In this document: positions 50,446-63,378 of the stretch, in pieces
Numbering within the stretch: the first letter of the stretch is position 1
Layout: each line of letters starts with the position of its first letter
Translations under genes and position numbers: made by a program
DNA from: Malacoraja senta
Lineage: Eukaryota
Direction of reading: 5' to 3'
DNA length: 64,000 nucleotides
Assembly (NCBI GenBank): GCA_038087875.1
Contig: CM075988.1
Span: 4,154,001-4,218,000, forward strand
The notes under the pieces: model-generated
Told to the model about the DNA's origin: nothing
Seen by the model: only the letters and a program-made list of their open reading frames with translations
Database searches by the model: none

Positions 50446-51007
50446 CTGCATGAGAGAGGGAATATTAGATTTTGCAGATTCATGTTTTGCATCCTTGACT
50501 AATTGTCTTTTTGGCATGACTTCATGATTTTGTGGACCACTGCTGTTCATGATGTATATTATCTATCTTCAGGAGTCAGGGGGAGTTCCCCCCACCACGG
50601 GTACCATGTAATCCCCCACCTGGTTTGCCAGATGAGGAAGGGGCTGTGGACCCCCAGCAGGACCAAAAACAAGACCTTTCAAAGGGCGGATGAGCTTCTA
50701 GCGAGCCAACGGCCATCCACACTTCAGCAAAAGTTGCGATCACTGTCGTAGGTAGCATTGTAAGGAACGATGATAAAGCACACACACCAAAATCCTATAC
50801 TTCTAGCGGCAGAAGTCCGCAGGAACTGGAGGTCAGAGATGTGTGGTACGTCCGTCATCGTTCCCGTTGGAAACCAGCACCACTGTGACACTAACGTTTT
50901 CAACAATGATGAATGAATGAATGAAGGAGTGCCAGTCATACCATGTGCTGCTCTCCCAATTTGACAATCACTTCCTTGTGTAGGAAGGAACTGCAGATGC
51001 TGCTTCA

Positions 51008-51355
51008 TGGGCCAATCCCACTTACGCGACTTTTTCGGCGACTGCCAGCACCCGTCATAGGTCACCGAAAATTTTCAACATGTTGAAAATTCAGTGGCGA
51101 CCAGAAAGACGCTACGGCTCTTTGGGTGACTGAGGAGACGACTCACGACCATACAGGTGACACCCTGGCGACATATCGCGGGGTGAAACCTGTATGGTCG
51201 TGAGTAATCGCCCAAATACCTGTATGGTCGTGAGTAATCAACCTTGTTCTGGTCGCTGCTGGATTTTCAACATGTTAAAAACTTTCGGCGACCTGCAATG
51301 ACCTATGACGGGTACCGGCAGTTGCCGAAAAAGTCGCTTATGTGGGACAGGCCCT
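51008..51355. mobile_element. PIF/Harbinger-like MITE (348 bp)
   Basis: TIRs of about 100 bp; TCA duplicated (51005-51007 and 51356-51358); the flanks rejoin into a Penelope-derived unit. Confidence 0.85.
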
Positions 51356-51482
51356 TCAGACCGAAGATAGACATAAATAGCTGGAGAAACTCAACGGGAC
51401 AGGCAGCATCTCTGGCAAGAAGACCCTTCTACAGACTAGTCAGAGGAAGGGAAATGAGAGATACAGACGGTGATGTGGAGAG

Positions 51483-53272
51483 ATAGAAAATAGGTGCAGG
51501 AGGAGGCCATTCGGCCCTTCGAGCCAGCACCGCCATTCATTGTGATCATGGCTGATCGTCCCCTATCAATAACCCGTGCCTGCCTTCTCCCCATATCCCT
51601 TGACTCCACCAGCCCCTTGAGCTCTATCTATCTCTCTCTTAAATCCATCCAGTGATTTGGCCTCCACTGCCCTCTGTGGCAGCGAATTCCATAAATTCAC
51701 AACGCTCTGGGTGAAAACGTTTTTTCTCACCTCAGTCTTAAATGACCTCCCCTTTATTCTAAGACTGTGGCCCCTGGTTCTGGACTCGCCCAACATTGGG
51801 AACATTTTTCCTGCATCTAGCTTGTCCAGTCCTTTTATAATTTTATATGTTTCTATAAGATCCCCCTCATCCTTCTAAACTCCAGTGAATACAAGTCTAG
51901 TCTTTTCAATCTTTCCTCATATGACAGTCCCGCCATCCCAGGGATCAATCTCGTGAACCTACGCTGCTCTGCTTCAATCACAAGGATGTCCTTCCTCAAA
52001 TTAGGAGACCAAAACTGTACACAATACTCCAGATGTGGTCTCACCAGAGCCCTATACAACTGCAGAAGAACCTCTTTACTCCTATACTGAAATCCTCTTG
52101 TTATGAAGGCCAACATTCCATTAGCTTTCTTCACTACCTGCTGTACCTGCACGCCAACTTTCAGTGACCGGTGTACAAGGACACCCAGGTCTCACTGTAC
52201 CTCCCCCTTACCTAACCTAACCCCATTGAGATAATAATCTGCCCCCTTGTTTTTGCCGCCAAAGTGGACAACCTCACATTTATCTACATTATACTGCATC
52301 TGCCACGCATCTGCCCACTCACTCAACCTGTCCAGGTCACCCTGCAACTTCCTAACATCCTCTTCACAGTTCACACTGCCACCCAGCTTTGTGTCATCTG
52401 CAAACTTGGTAGTGTTGCTCCCAATTCCCTCCTCCAAATCATTAATATATATGGCAAACAGTTGCGGCCCCAACACCGAGCCTTGCGGCACTCCACTCGC
52501 CACTGCCTGCCTTTCTGAAAAGGACCCGTTTATTCCTACTCTTTGCTTCCGGTCTGCCAACCAATTTTCTATCCATGTCAACACCCTACCCCCAAGACCA
52601 TGTGCTCTAATTTTAGTCACCAGCCTCCCGTGTGGGACCTTATCAAATTCTTTCTTAAAGTCTAGATACACTACATCCACTGGCACCCCTTCATCCATTT
52701 TACTTGTCACATCCTCAAAAAATTCCAGAAGATTAGTCAAGCATGATTTCCCTTTCATAAATCCATGTTGACTTGGGCGAATCCTTTTACTGCTATCCAA
52801 ATGCCCCATTATTACCTCTTTAATAATTGACTCCAGCATCTTTCCCACCACCGAAGTCAGGCTAACTGGTCTGTAATTCCCCGTTTTCTCTCTCGCTCCT
52901 TTCTTGAAAAGTGGGATAACATTAGCTATCCTCCAATCCACAGGAACTGATCCTGAATCTATTGAACATTGGAAAATGATCACTAATGCGTCCACTATTT
53001 CTAGAGCCTTCACCCTGAGGACCCTGGGATGCAGACCATCAGGCCCAGGGGATTTATCACCCTTCAGTCCCATTAGCCTACCCAACACTATTTCTCGCCT
53101 AATGAAAATTTCTTTCAGTTCCTCTACCCCCTTAGAACCTCTGTCCTCCAGTACATCTGGGAGATTGTTTGTGTTTTCCTTAGTGAAGTCAGATCAAAAC
53201 TCTTCTGCCATTTCCTTGTTGCCCATAATAATTTCACCCGTGTCTGCCTTAAAGGGACACACATTTGACTTT
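51483..53272 (-). mobile_element. CR1 LINE, 5'-truncated, inserted in a Penelope 3' UTR
   Basis: ORFs 52192-53088, 51853-52152 and 51566-51805 with KSPGPDG, YRPVSLTS, GVPQGSVLGP, FADD. Confidence 0.95.
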
Positions 53273-53640
53273 GATAAAGAGCAATGAATGAAAGATGCAA
53301 AAAAGTAACGATTATGAATGAAACTGGCCATTATTAGCTGTTTGTTGAGTAAAAATGAGAAGCTGGGGCAACTTGGGTGGGGGAGGGATGGAGAGAGAGG
53401 GAATACTGAGGTTAATTTAAGTTAGATAAATTAATATTCATACCACTGGATTGTACCTGACAATGGGGGAGGCTGAGGACAGAAAGGTCAGTGTGGGAAT
53501 GGGAAGGAGAATTAAAGTGTTTGGCAACCGGGAGATCAGGTAGGTCCAGGCGGACTGAGTGAAGGTGTTCAGCAAAACAAACTCCCAGTCTACTTTTGGT
53601 CTCGACGATGTATAAGAGTGCTTGTGCTTTGTTTTAACAA
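53273..53640 (-). mobile_element. Penelope GIY-YIG end and 3' UTR, continuing at 51359-51485
   Basis: Colinear with 57290-57840. Confidence 0.8.
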
Positions 53641-53802
53641 CGTGTTTAACATGTTTAAAGGAAAGTGCTTTGTTAAAATGTCCATGAAAACGTTTGACAT
53701 AAAGTTCTTCACTGCACAAGAAATTTGGCTTTGAGAAACGTCAACCAATGACACGTGACTAAAGCTGTTCTTCTGGGTGTCTATCCCGTAGACACACGAT
53801 GT

Positions 53803-53972
53803 ACTGTACGTCTTTGGAGTGTGGGAGGAAACAGAAGATCTCGAAGAAAACCCACGCGGTCACGGGGAGAACGTACAAACTCCGTACAGACAGCACCTGT
53901 AGTCGGGATCGAACCCACGTCTCCGGCGCTGCATGTGCTGTAAGGCAGCAACTCTACCGCTGCGCCACCATG
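53803..53972 (-). mobile_element. HE1-like SINE, 5' half
   Basis: A/B boxes and body. Confidence 0.8.
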
Positions 53973-54468
53973 TTGCTCTGTTCTATTCTCTTGTCTTTCT
54001 GGAGACATTTTAAGAATCTAGGTTTTCTCAAACTCCATCTATGTTTGGACAGATTGATCAGTTCTGACTATAACATCTGTCTCCATGGGCACCTGATTTG
54101 TCAGTGGGATAGTTCTCCTTTAAACCATCAGTGAGCTCACAAATCTAATAGTCAGGGTACTTGATACAGGTGAAATAATGCTCTCCCTAACCTGGATGAA
54201 GCTTCTGCTGGAGATCTGAGCCTGGAAGGTCAATGGGAGGTCAATGCTCTGATCAAGATCATGTAATGGAAAGATGGTATTCTGCTGAAGACAGACACAA
54301 AATGCTGGAGTAACTCAACGGGACAGGCAGCATCTCTGGATGGAAGGAATGGGTGACGTTTCATATCGAGACACTTCTTCAGACTGAGAGTCAGGAGAGA
54401 GGGAGACACAGAGATATGGAAGGGTAAGGTGTGAAAACGAGTTGTCTGGAATGAAACCAGGTTGACTC

Positions 54469-54721
54469 GGTGGCACAGTGGTAGAGTTGCTGCCTCACAG
54501 TGCCAGAGACCCAGGTTCGTTCCTGACTACGGGTGCTGTCTGTGCAGAGTTTGCACATTCTCCCTGTGACCGTGTGGGTTTGTATGTTAATTGGCTTCTG
54601 TAAATTGTAAATTGTCCCTAGTGTGTACGATAGTTCTAGTGTACAGGGTGATCGGTGTTCGGTGCGGACTCAGTGGGCCGAGGGGCTTGATTCCGCGCTG
54701 TATCTCTAAACTAAGCTAAAC
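54469..54721 (+). mobile_element. HE1-like SINE
   Basis: Head, internally deleted body and tail. Confidence 0.8.
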
Positions 54722-55992
54722 AAAGGAACTGCAGATGCTGATTAATACACAAAAGGACATAAAGTGCTGGAGTAACTCAACAGGTCAGGCAGCATTCCTG
54801 GAGAACATGAATAGGTGACGTTTCGAGTCAAGACATCTGAAGAAGGGTTTCAACCTGAAACATCACCTATCCATGTTCTGCAGAGATGCTGCCTGACCCG
54901 CTGAATTACTCCAGCACTTTGTGTCCTTTTGGTAATAATAGTCAGCATCTATGACCTATTTAGAAATAATTTAATACTAAAGTATTTTGAATGGCCATTC
55001 TGCCTGACTGTAATAACTCTATATGTTTAGTTTAGTTTAGCTTAGTTCAGAGATACAGCAGGAAACAGGCCCTTCGGCCCATTGAGTCCGTGCTGACCTT
55101 TACCCACACGTTTGCATAGTTCTAACTTATACCATTTTCTCATCCACGACCGACACTTTAGAGGGCTATTTTTACAAGAGGGCCTATTAACCTATAAACC
55201 TGCAGGTGCTTGGGATATGGGAGGAATCTAGAGCACCTGGATGAAACCCACGCAGTCACAAGGGGAACGTGCAAACTCTGCACAGAGAGCAAAAAAGGCC
55301 TGGAGTGAAACTGGGTCTACAGCTCTCCCAGCTGTGCCTGTCTGCTGCCCATATTAAGAATAGGATAGTGCTGGTGTATGGGGTGATCACTGGTTGGTGT
55401 GGACTCATTGGGCCAACAGGCCTGTTTTAGTTCAGTTTAGTTTATTGTCACATGTACCGAGGTACAGTGTTGCGTGCTAACCAGCCAGTGGATTATAATC
55501 AAGCCATTTACAGTGTATACAATAGATAAATGACAAGGGAATAACGTTTAGTGCAAGGTAAAGCCAGTAAATTCTGATCAAGGATAGTCTGAAGGTCACC
55601 AATGAGGTAGATAGTAGTTCAGCGCTGCTCTCTGGTTGTGGGAGGATGATCCCGTTGCCTGATAACAGCTGGGAAGAAACTGTCGTTGAAACTGGAGGTG
55701 TGCCTTTTCACACTTCTATTCCTTTTGGCCGCCACGCTGTATCTCTAAAGTCTAACGCCTAAAGAGAAACAAATGCTTCTGTGACTATTAAATATGAGCT
55801 AACTATTTGAAGAGAAATAACTTTCCTTGAAAATGCATACTTTCATGAGATATCTAGCTTTGGGAATTTAGAGAAATATATATTCCATGAAAAAATGGTA
55901 AGTGATCCCTTTCTGATGCTAGAATCAGTCGTGGGGATTGAAAATAATAAATCATTGATTATCACTTCAGGTAAATAGACAATACTGAATGC

Positions 55993-56287
55993 GTGGCACG
56001 GTGGCGCAGCGGTAGAGTTGCTGCCTTACAGCGCTTGCAGCGCCAGAGACCCGGGTTCGATCTCAACTACGGATGCTGTCTGTACAGAGTTTGTACGTTC
56101 TCCCCATGACCGCATGGGTTTTCTCTGAGCTCTTTGATTTCCTCCCACACGCCAAAGACGTACAGGTTTGCAGGTTAATTGGCTTGAGTATAAGATTGTC
56201 ACTAGTGTGCGGAGGGAATCACTGGTCGGTGCGGACTCGGTGGGCTGAAGGGCCTGTTTCCATGCTGTACCTCACTTAACTAAACTG
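55993..56287 (+). mobile_element. HE1-like SINE
   Basis: TGGCGCAGCGG A box, GGTTCGATCT B box, body and tail. Confidence 0.85.
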
Positions 56288-56771
56288 AATCTTGGCTGGT
56301 TGCTTTACCACGGGTCACGGCTGGAATTAGTGGCACAGGGGGAGAGAAAAACAACTTGCAGTGAAAGTCCCTTTAGCAGGAGGAGCCATTGGTTCATTAG
56401 TGGAGTAAGATACGATGATGAAGCTGTCGTAATGGAAACATATGCTGTTCATCAGACAACAGCTGTTTCCCATTGAAATAATGGAGTTCTATTTCCATTC
56501 CATCAGGACACAATCACAACCCAGAATTCGCCCATTTAGCTCTGAAATGAGTTGCATTAATAACACTTCATAAAAGGACTATTCATCGTGGGAAATTTGC
56601 TTTGAATTCCTCCCTTGTCAACAGTTATTGTAAATCATCGATACATTTTTATAAGTAATGCTAATTCTCAGGAATAGCACAAGTGGAACATGGAAGCGGG
56701 TGGGAGGAGGAGGTCACCGATCGTGGATGGCTTGGTTCCTCCCAGTTAGCAAATGGCTTGAGTCCGTTAAG

Positions 56772-57190
56772 TGATGGCGGGACTGTCACATGCTGAGAGA
56801 ATGGAGCGCCTGGGCTTGTACACTCTGGAGTTTAGAAGGATGAGAGGGGATCTTATTGAAACATATAAGATTGTTGAGGGTTTGGACACACTAGAGGCAG
56901 GAAACAGTTTAAGAATAAGGAGTTTAGAACAGAGACGAGGAAACACTTTTTCTCACAGAGAGTGGTGAGTCTGTGGAATTCTCTGCTCAGAGGGCAGTGG
57001 AGGCGGGTTCTCTGGATACTTTTAAGAGAGAGCTAGATAGGGCTCTTAAAGATAGCGGAATCAGGGGATATGGGGAGAAGGCAGGAACGGGGTACTGATT
57101 GGGGATGATCAGCCATGATCACATTGAATAGTGGTGCTGACTCGAAGGGCCGAATGGCCTACTCCTGCACCTATTGTCTATTCTATTGTC
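56772..57190 (+). mobile_element. CR1 3' fragment
   Basis: MAGLS..ERMERLGLYTLEFRRMRGDLIETYKI and the 3' UTR hairpin aagggccgaatggcct. Confidence 0.88.
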
Positions 57191-57287
57191 AGTGTCCTAG
57201 ATGGCCAATGTGGGGAAGGATATCTGCACAGCTGTGCATTGTGGCCAGGTCAAGCTATCAAAGTAAACCACAACAAAGCACATGACA

Positions 57288-57985
57288 ACAAAAAGCTGGA
57301 GTAACTCAGCGGGACAGGCAGCATCTCTGGAGACAAGGAATGGGTGACGTTTCGGGTCGAGACCCTTCTTCAGACTGGTTAGGCATAAGGCAAACGAGAG
57401 ATATAGACGGTGATGTGGAGAGCTAAAGAACAATGAATGAAAGATCTGAAAAAAGTAATGATGATAAAAGAATCAGGGCATTATAAGCTGTTTGAAGGGT
57501 GAAAACGAGAAGCTAGTGCAACTTGGGTGGGGGAGGGATAGAGAGAGAGGGAATGCCAGGGCTACCTGAAGTGAGAGAAATCAATATTCATACCACTGGG
57601 CTGTAAGCTGCCCAAACAAAATATGAGATGCTGTTCCTCCAATTTGTGTTTAGCCTCACTCTGACAATGGAGGGGACCGAGGACAGAAAGGTCTGTGCAG
57701 GAATGGGAAGGAGAATTAAAGTGTCCAGCAACCGGGAGATACGGTTGGTTCACACAGGCTGAGCGAAGGTGTTCCGCGAAACGATCGCCCAGTCTACGTT
57801 TGGTCTCGCCGATGTATAAGAGTCCACATCTTGAACAACGGATACAGTAGATGAGGTTGGAGGAGCTGCAAGGGAACCTCTGCATCACCCGAAAGGACTG
57901 TCGGGGTCTCTGGACAGAGTTGAGGGAGGATGTATAGCGACAGGAGTTGCATCTTCTATGGTTGCAGGGGAAGCACATGGACACT
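57288..57985 (-). mobile_element. Penelope-like element (Neptune-type) 3' portion: GIY-YIG endonuclease and 3' UTR/pLTR
   Basis: ORF 57562-58002: FPC..RRC.SC, NLIYCIRCSRCGLLYIGETKRRLGDRFAEH, LGSLQPSGMN; the UTR contains the hammerhead-like motif. Confidence 0.92.
57341..57376 (-). ncRNA. Candidate minimal type-I hammerhead ribozyme (best-preserved copy)
   Basis: Minus strand AGT-CTGAAGA-A-GGGT(CTCG)ACCC-GAAAC-GTC-ACCCA: both core boxes, stem II and an NUH triplet, with only a palindromic ACGT in place of helix III. Activity is untested. Confidence 0.65.
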
Positions 57986-58214
57986 GTGTGTTCAAATAGC
58001 ATAGAGTCACAGCATCATACAGCAGGGAAACAGGCTCTTCAGCCCAACTCGTCCATGCCGACCAAGATGCCCAATCTAAGCTTGTCCCATTAGCCTGTGT
58101 TTGGCCCATTTCCTCTAAACCTATCCAATCCATGTTGGAAGTTGACCAATCCAAGTTGACCTTTCACTGCCGTAACAGGCATAGATCAGTATCATGTATA
58201 GATCATCAGATGTT

Positions 58215-59255
58215 ACATAGATACATAGATACATAGAAAATAGGTGCAGGAGTAGGCCATTCGGCCCTTCGAGCCTGCACCGCCATTCAATATGATCATG
58301 GCTGATCATCCAACTCAGTATCCCGTACCTGCCTTCTCTCCATACCCCCTGATCCCCTTAGCCACAAGGGCCACATCTAACTCCCTCTTAAATAGAGCCA
58401 ATGAACTGGCCTCAACTACCCTCTGTGGCAGAGAGTTCCAGAGATTCACCACTCTCTGTGTGAAAAAGTTTTTCCTCATCTCGGTCTTAAAGGATTTCCC
58501 CCTTATCCTTAAGCTGTGACCCCTTGTCCTGGACTTCCCCAACATCGGGAACAATCTTCCTGCATCTAGCCTGTCCAACCCCATAAGAATTTTGTACGTT
58601 TCTATAAGATCCCCTCTCAATCTCCTAAATTCTAGCGAGTATAAGCCAAGTCTATCCAGTCTTTCTTCATATGAAAGTCCTGACATCCCAGGAATCAGTC
58701 TGGTGAACCTTCTCTGCACTCCCTCTATGGCCATAATGTCCTTCCTCAGATTTGGAGACCAAAACTGTACGCAATACTCCAGGTGTGGTCTCACCAAGAC
58801 CCTGTACAACTGCAGTAGAACCTCCCTGCTCCTATACTCAAATCCTCTTGCTATGAAGGCCAACATACCATTCGCTTTCTTCACTGCCTGCTGCACCTGC
58901 ATGCCTACTTTCAATGACTGGTGTACCATGACACCCAGGTCTCGCTGCATCTCCCCATTTCCTAATCGGCCACCATTTAGATAATAGTCTGCCTTCCTGT
59001 TTTTGCCACCAAAGTGGATAACCTCACATTTATCCACATTATACTGCATCTGCCAAACATTTGCCCACTCACCCAGCCTATCCAAGTCACCTTGCAGTCT
59101 CCTAGCATCCTCCTCACAGCTAACACTGCCCCCCAGCTTAGTGTCGTCCGCAAACTTGGAGATGTTGCTTTCAATTCCCTCGTCCAGATCATTAATATAA
59201 ATTGTAAATAGCTGGGGTCACTGCCTGCCATTGTGAAAAGGACCCGTTTACTCCT
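58215..59255 (-). mobile_element. CR1 LINE 3' part
   Basis: ORF 58315-59085 (WQMQYNVDKC...LVRPHLEYCVQFW...FFTQRVVNLWNSLP) and a (CATAGATA)n tail. Confidence 0.95.
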
Positions 59256-59473
59256 ATGTTGTGGTAAAACTTCCCGCCTCTGAAAACAGATGATTAGGGT
59301 GGTGAATCTGTGGAATGCTTTGCCACAGAAGGCTGCGGAGGCCAGGTCAATGGAAGGCAGGAGAATGGGGTTAGGAGGGAGAGATAGTTCAGCCATGATT
59401 TAATGGCGGGGTAGACTTGATGACCTAATACTGTTCCTATCACTTATGACCTTATGACCTTATGACCTTATGA

Positions 59474-59975
59474 TAGACACAAAATGCTGGGGTAACTCAG
59501 TGGGACAGGCAGAATCTCTGGATGGAAGGAATGGGTGATGTTTCGGGTTGAGACCCATCTTCTGAGTCAGGGGAGAGGGAGACAAAGAAATATGGAAGGA
59601 TAAGGTGTGAAATGGGAGATCAAAGGGGATGAAGTTCAAGGGAAATGTAGGATACATCATTGTTAGCTGAGGGGAAGGAGAAAATGAGGCATTCAATCAG
59701 TAAATGTTAATCAGGAGGACAGTCAAACTGGTTGGAGAACTAGGATGGGGGAGGGATGGAGAGAGAGGGAAGGCAAGTTAGAGAAGTCAATGTTCATACC
59801 ACTGGGTTGTAAGTCGCCAAAGTGAATTATGAGGTGATGTTCCTCTGATTTGTGTTGGGCTTCACTCTGACAGTGGAGGAGGCCCAGGACAGAAAGGTCA
59901 GTGTGGGAATGGGAGGGGGAGTTAAAGTATTTAGCAACCGGGAGATCATATAGGTCTGGGTGGAATGATTGGAGG
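59474..59975 (-). mobile_element. Penelope 3' fragment (degraded GIY-YIG end and UTR)
   Basis: Similar to 57290-57760. Confidence 0.75.
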
Positions 59976-60861
59976 TGTTAAACCTGACTAGAATTATGAG
60001 AGCCAGAGATAGGGTAGACAATTAGAACCTTTTTCACCAAGATGGAAAAATCAAATATTAGAAAGCAAAGCTTTAAGGTAGAGGGGCAAAGTTTAAAGGA
60101 GATGTGTGGGGCAACATTTTTATACAGTGGGTGGTGGTTGCCTGGAACGTGTAGCAGGAGTGGTGGTTGAAGCAGATACAATAGCAACCTTGAAGAGGCT
60201 TTTGGATAGGCAAATAAACACAAAATGCTGGCGTAACTCAACGGGTCAGGTGGTATCTCTGGGGAAAATGGACAGGTGACATTTCGGGTTAGGACCCTTC
60301 TGCAGACGGCATTTGGATAGGCATATGTATATGCAGGGAATGGAGGGATATGGATTATGCACTGGTTGATAATAGATGGAAGATAGACACAAAATGCTGG
60401 AGTAACTCAGCGGGACAGGCAGCATCTCTGGAGAGAAGGAATGGACGACTTTGCGGCTCGAGACCCTTCTTCGGACAATAGATAATAGATAATAGACCAC
60501 CTATTTCAGATCATAGATGGTGTTGGCATCATGACATTATGGGCCAAAGGGCCTGTTCTTGTGCTGTACTGTTCTATGTTCCATGTTTTAAATGTAGCTG
60601 GACCAGCTATATACGGTAACTAATACAAGCCACTTGAGTACGTGATCAGGTAAATTACTCACCCCATACACGCCAAATCGTCCCCCCTACCGAAAAGACA
60701 CAGATCAAGAAGATGATGGAATATTCTTCTTCCCTGGAATAGTCCAATGTGAATAACTCTCAAGAAACTCAACAGCAACAAATTGGCAGCACGTTGCTGT
60801 CCAGTTCTGTTTAATTAGCACTCGATCACCTACCCTAAAGTTTTATTTCCTACACTGCGGA

Positions 60862-61142
60862 TTTAGTTTAGTTTCAACTAACAGCATGGAAACAGGCCCT
60901 TTGGCCGACCAAGTCCACACCAACCAGCAATCCCCGTACACGAGTTCTATCCAACACAAGGGACAATTTACAGAAGACAATTAACATACAAACCTGTAGG
61001 TCTTTGGAGTGTAGGAGGAAACCAGAGCACCCAGAGAAAACCCACGCAGGTCACAGGGAGGACATATTAACTCCACACAGACAACACCCGTAGTCAGGAT
61101 CGAACCTGGGTCTCTGGCGATGTAAGGCAGCAACTGTGCCAC
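60862..61142 (-). mobile_element. HE1-like SINE inserted in an older LINE remnant (about 60690-61440, +)
   Basis: SINE body and tail; the flanks resemble a decayed RT C-terminus (..MEYS...W......LKKL). Confidence 0.7.
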
Positions 61143-61734
61143 CCCAAAATATTGTCCCTCCGCCATCCACAGAATGCACAGCAGCAGGTTTATGGCTAAC
61201 ACCACCGCCTGCAGCTTCCCTTCCAGGTCACACATCAACCTGACAGACACATTTATCGCTGGTCTTTCAGTGTCATTGGGTCCAAATGCTCGTCTTCCTC
61301 CACAACATTACTGTGAAGTTCTGTCGCCAGAAGGGCAGCAGCAGTTCAAGAAAGCAACTCGTTCTCTCAAGGGTCGTTCCATTTGACAACAAACGCTGAC
61401 CTTTCCGGCAACACAGACGTCTCCAAAACTGAATGACCATGAATCACATTTCCCAATTGTGTTTCCCAACACCAGGAGTAAAGGTTATGGCGTGAAGGCA
61501 GGAGTATGGGGATGAGAGGGAAAATAGACCAGCACTGATCGAATGGCCTAATTCTGCTTCTATATCTGTCATAAGACCTGGTGATGTCTGTGGGCAGGCA
61601 GTGGAGGAGGGGGGTGAGAGTGTAAGCACAGGGGTCCTCTGTTAATCTAGGAGACAGACTTAATGATCTTTGATTTCAGCGAAGAAAAGTCCAATTCCTT
61701 ATTCCTCAAACACCCAGCTTACTTGCAGTCATAT

Positions 61735-63115
61735 TCATACAGTGTGGAAACAAGCCCTCCGGCACAACTTGCCCACACCAACCAACATGCCCCGTCTATA
61801 CCAGTCCAACCTGCCCATGCTTAGCACACATGCTTAAACCTATCCTATCCATGTCCAAATGTCTCTTAAACGTTATGACAATACCTGCTTCAACTACCTC
61901 CTCCGGCAGCTCGTTCCATACACCCACCACCCTTTGCGTAAAAAGGTTACCCTTAAGGTACCTATTAAATCTTAAACCTGCGTGCTTTAAACCTAAGATA
62001 GACACAAAATGCTGGAGTAACTCAGTGGGACAGGCAGCATCTCTGGAGAGAAAGAATGGGTGACGTTTTGGGTCGAGACATTTCTTCAGACTGATCTGAC
62101 CTATATCATCTGGTTCTTATTTCCCCTGCTCTTGTGCATTTACGCTATCTATTCCTCTTATGATCATGTGCACCTCTATATATAATCACCCCTCATCTTC
62201 CTCCTCTACACATCCAAGCTACATAACCACAGACCCAGAATAAAAAACACATAGCCAGCAAAACATATTTAATACTTCCAATGATGACAGAACTCACTCA
62301 CCAACGAAGCACCCTGGACAATCATTGTTGGACATGTGCCATTCCTTAGGTCATAATGTCATAAGGTCATAAGTGATAGGAGCAGAATTAGGCCATTTGG
62401 CCCATCAAGTCTACGCCATTCAATCATGACTGATCTATCTGTCCCTCCTAACCCCATTCTCCTGTCTTCTCCCCATAACACCTGACACCCATACTAATCA
62501 AGAATCTATCTATCTCTGCCTTTAAAATATCCATTGACTTGGCCTCCACAGTCTTCTGTTGCAAACAATTCTACAGATTCACCACCCTCTGACTAAAAAA
62601 ATCATCCTCATCTCCTTCCTAAAGGTACATCATAGAGTGAAAGAGTGTAGAAATCGACCCTTCAGCCCAGCTTGCCCACACTGGCCAATATGTGCCAGCT
62701 ACACTGGTCCCACCTGCCCGCGTTTGGTCCATATCCCTCCAAACCCGTCTTATCCATGTACCTGTCGAACTGTTTCTTAAATGTTGGGATAGTCCCTGCC
62801 TCAACTACCTCCTCTGGCAGCTTGTTCCATACACCCACCACCCTACGTGTGAAAAAGTTACCCCTCAGATTTCTATTAAATCTTTTCCCCTTATCCTTGA
62901 ACCTATGTCCTCTGGTACTCGATTCACCTACTCTGGGCACGTGACTGTGTGCATCTAATGTCCTTTAATTCTGAGGCTGTGACCTCTGGTCCTAGACTCT
63001 CCAACTAGTGGAAACATCGTCTCTACATCCACTCTATCCAAGTCTTTCACTATTCGGTAAGTATCAATGAGGTCACCGTCACCCTTGTAAACTCCAGCGA
63101 ATATGGGCCCAGTGT
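61735..63115 (-). mobile_element. Cluster of CR1 3' fragments with a Penelope-derived unit (about 61985-62093)
   Basis: ORFs 61796-62005, 62662-62940 and 62955-63173 carry FFT.RVVGVWN.LPEEVVEAG and ESRTRGH motifs. Confidence 0.85.
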
Positions 63116-63378
63116 TGTCAAACGCTCCAGAGGACACCCAGACAGTCACAGGGAGAATGTGCACATTTCTCACAGACAGTACCGGAGGTCAGAATTGAAC
63201 CCGAGTCTCTGGTGCTGTGAGGCAGCAGCTCTACCAAGTGCCTCCAGCTGTTGTTATATATTTTAAGGTTCCATATATCACTGGGAAGGCTCTCATTTAA
63301 TGCTATTCCCATTGCCCTTGAGAAGATGGTGGTAAATCACCTTTGGAATCATTGCAGTCATTAGGAGAAGGTGCTTTA

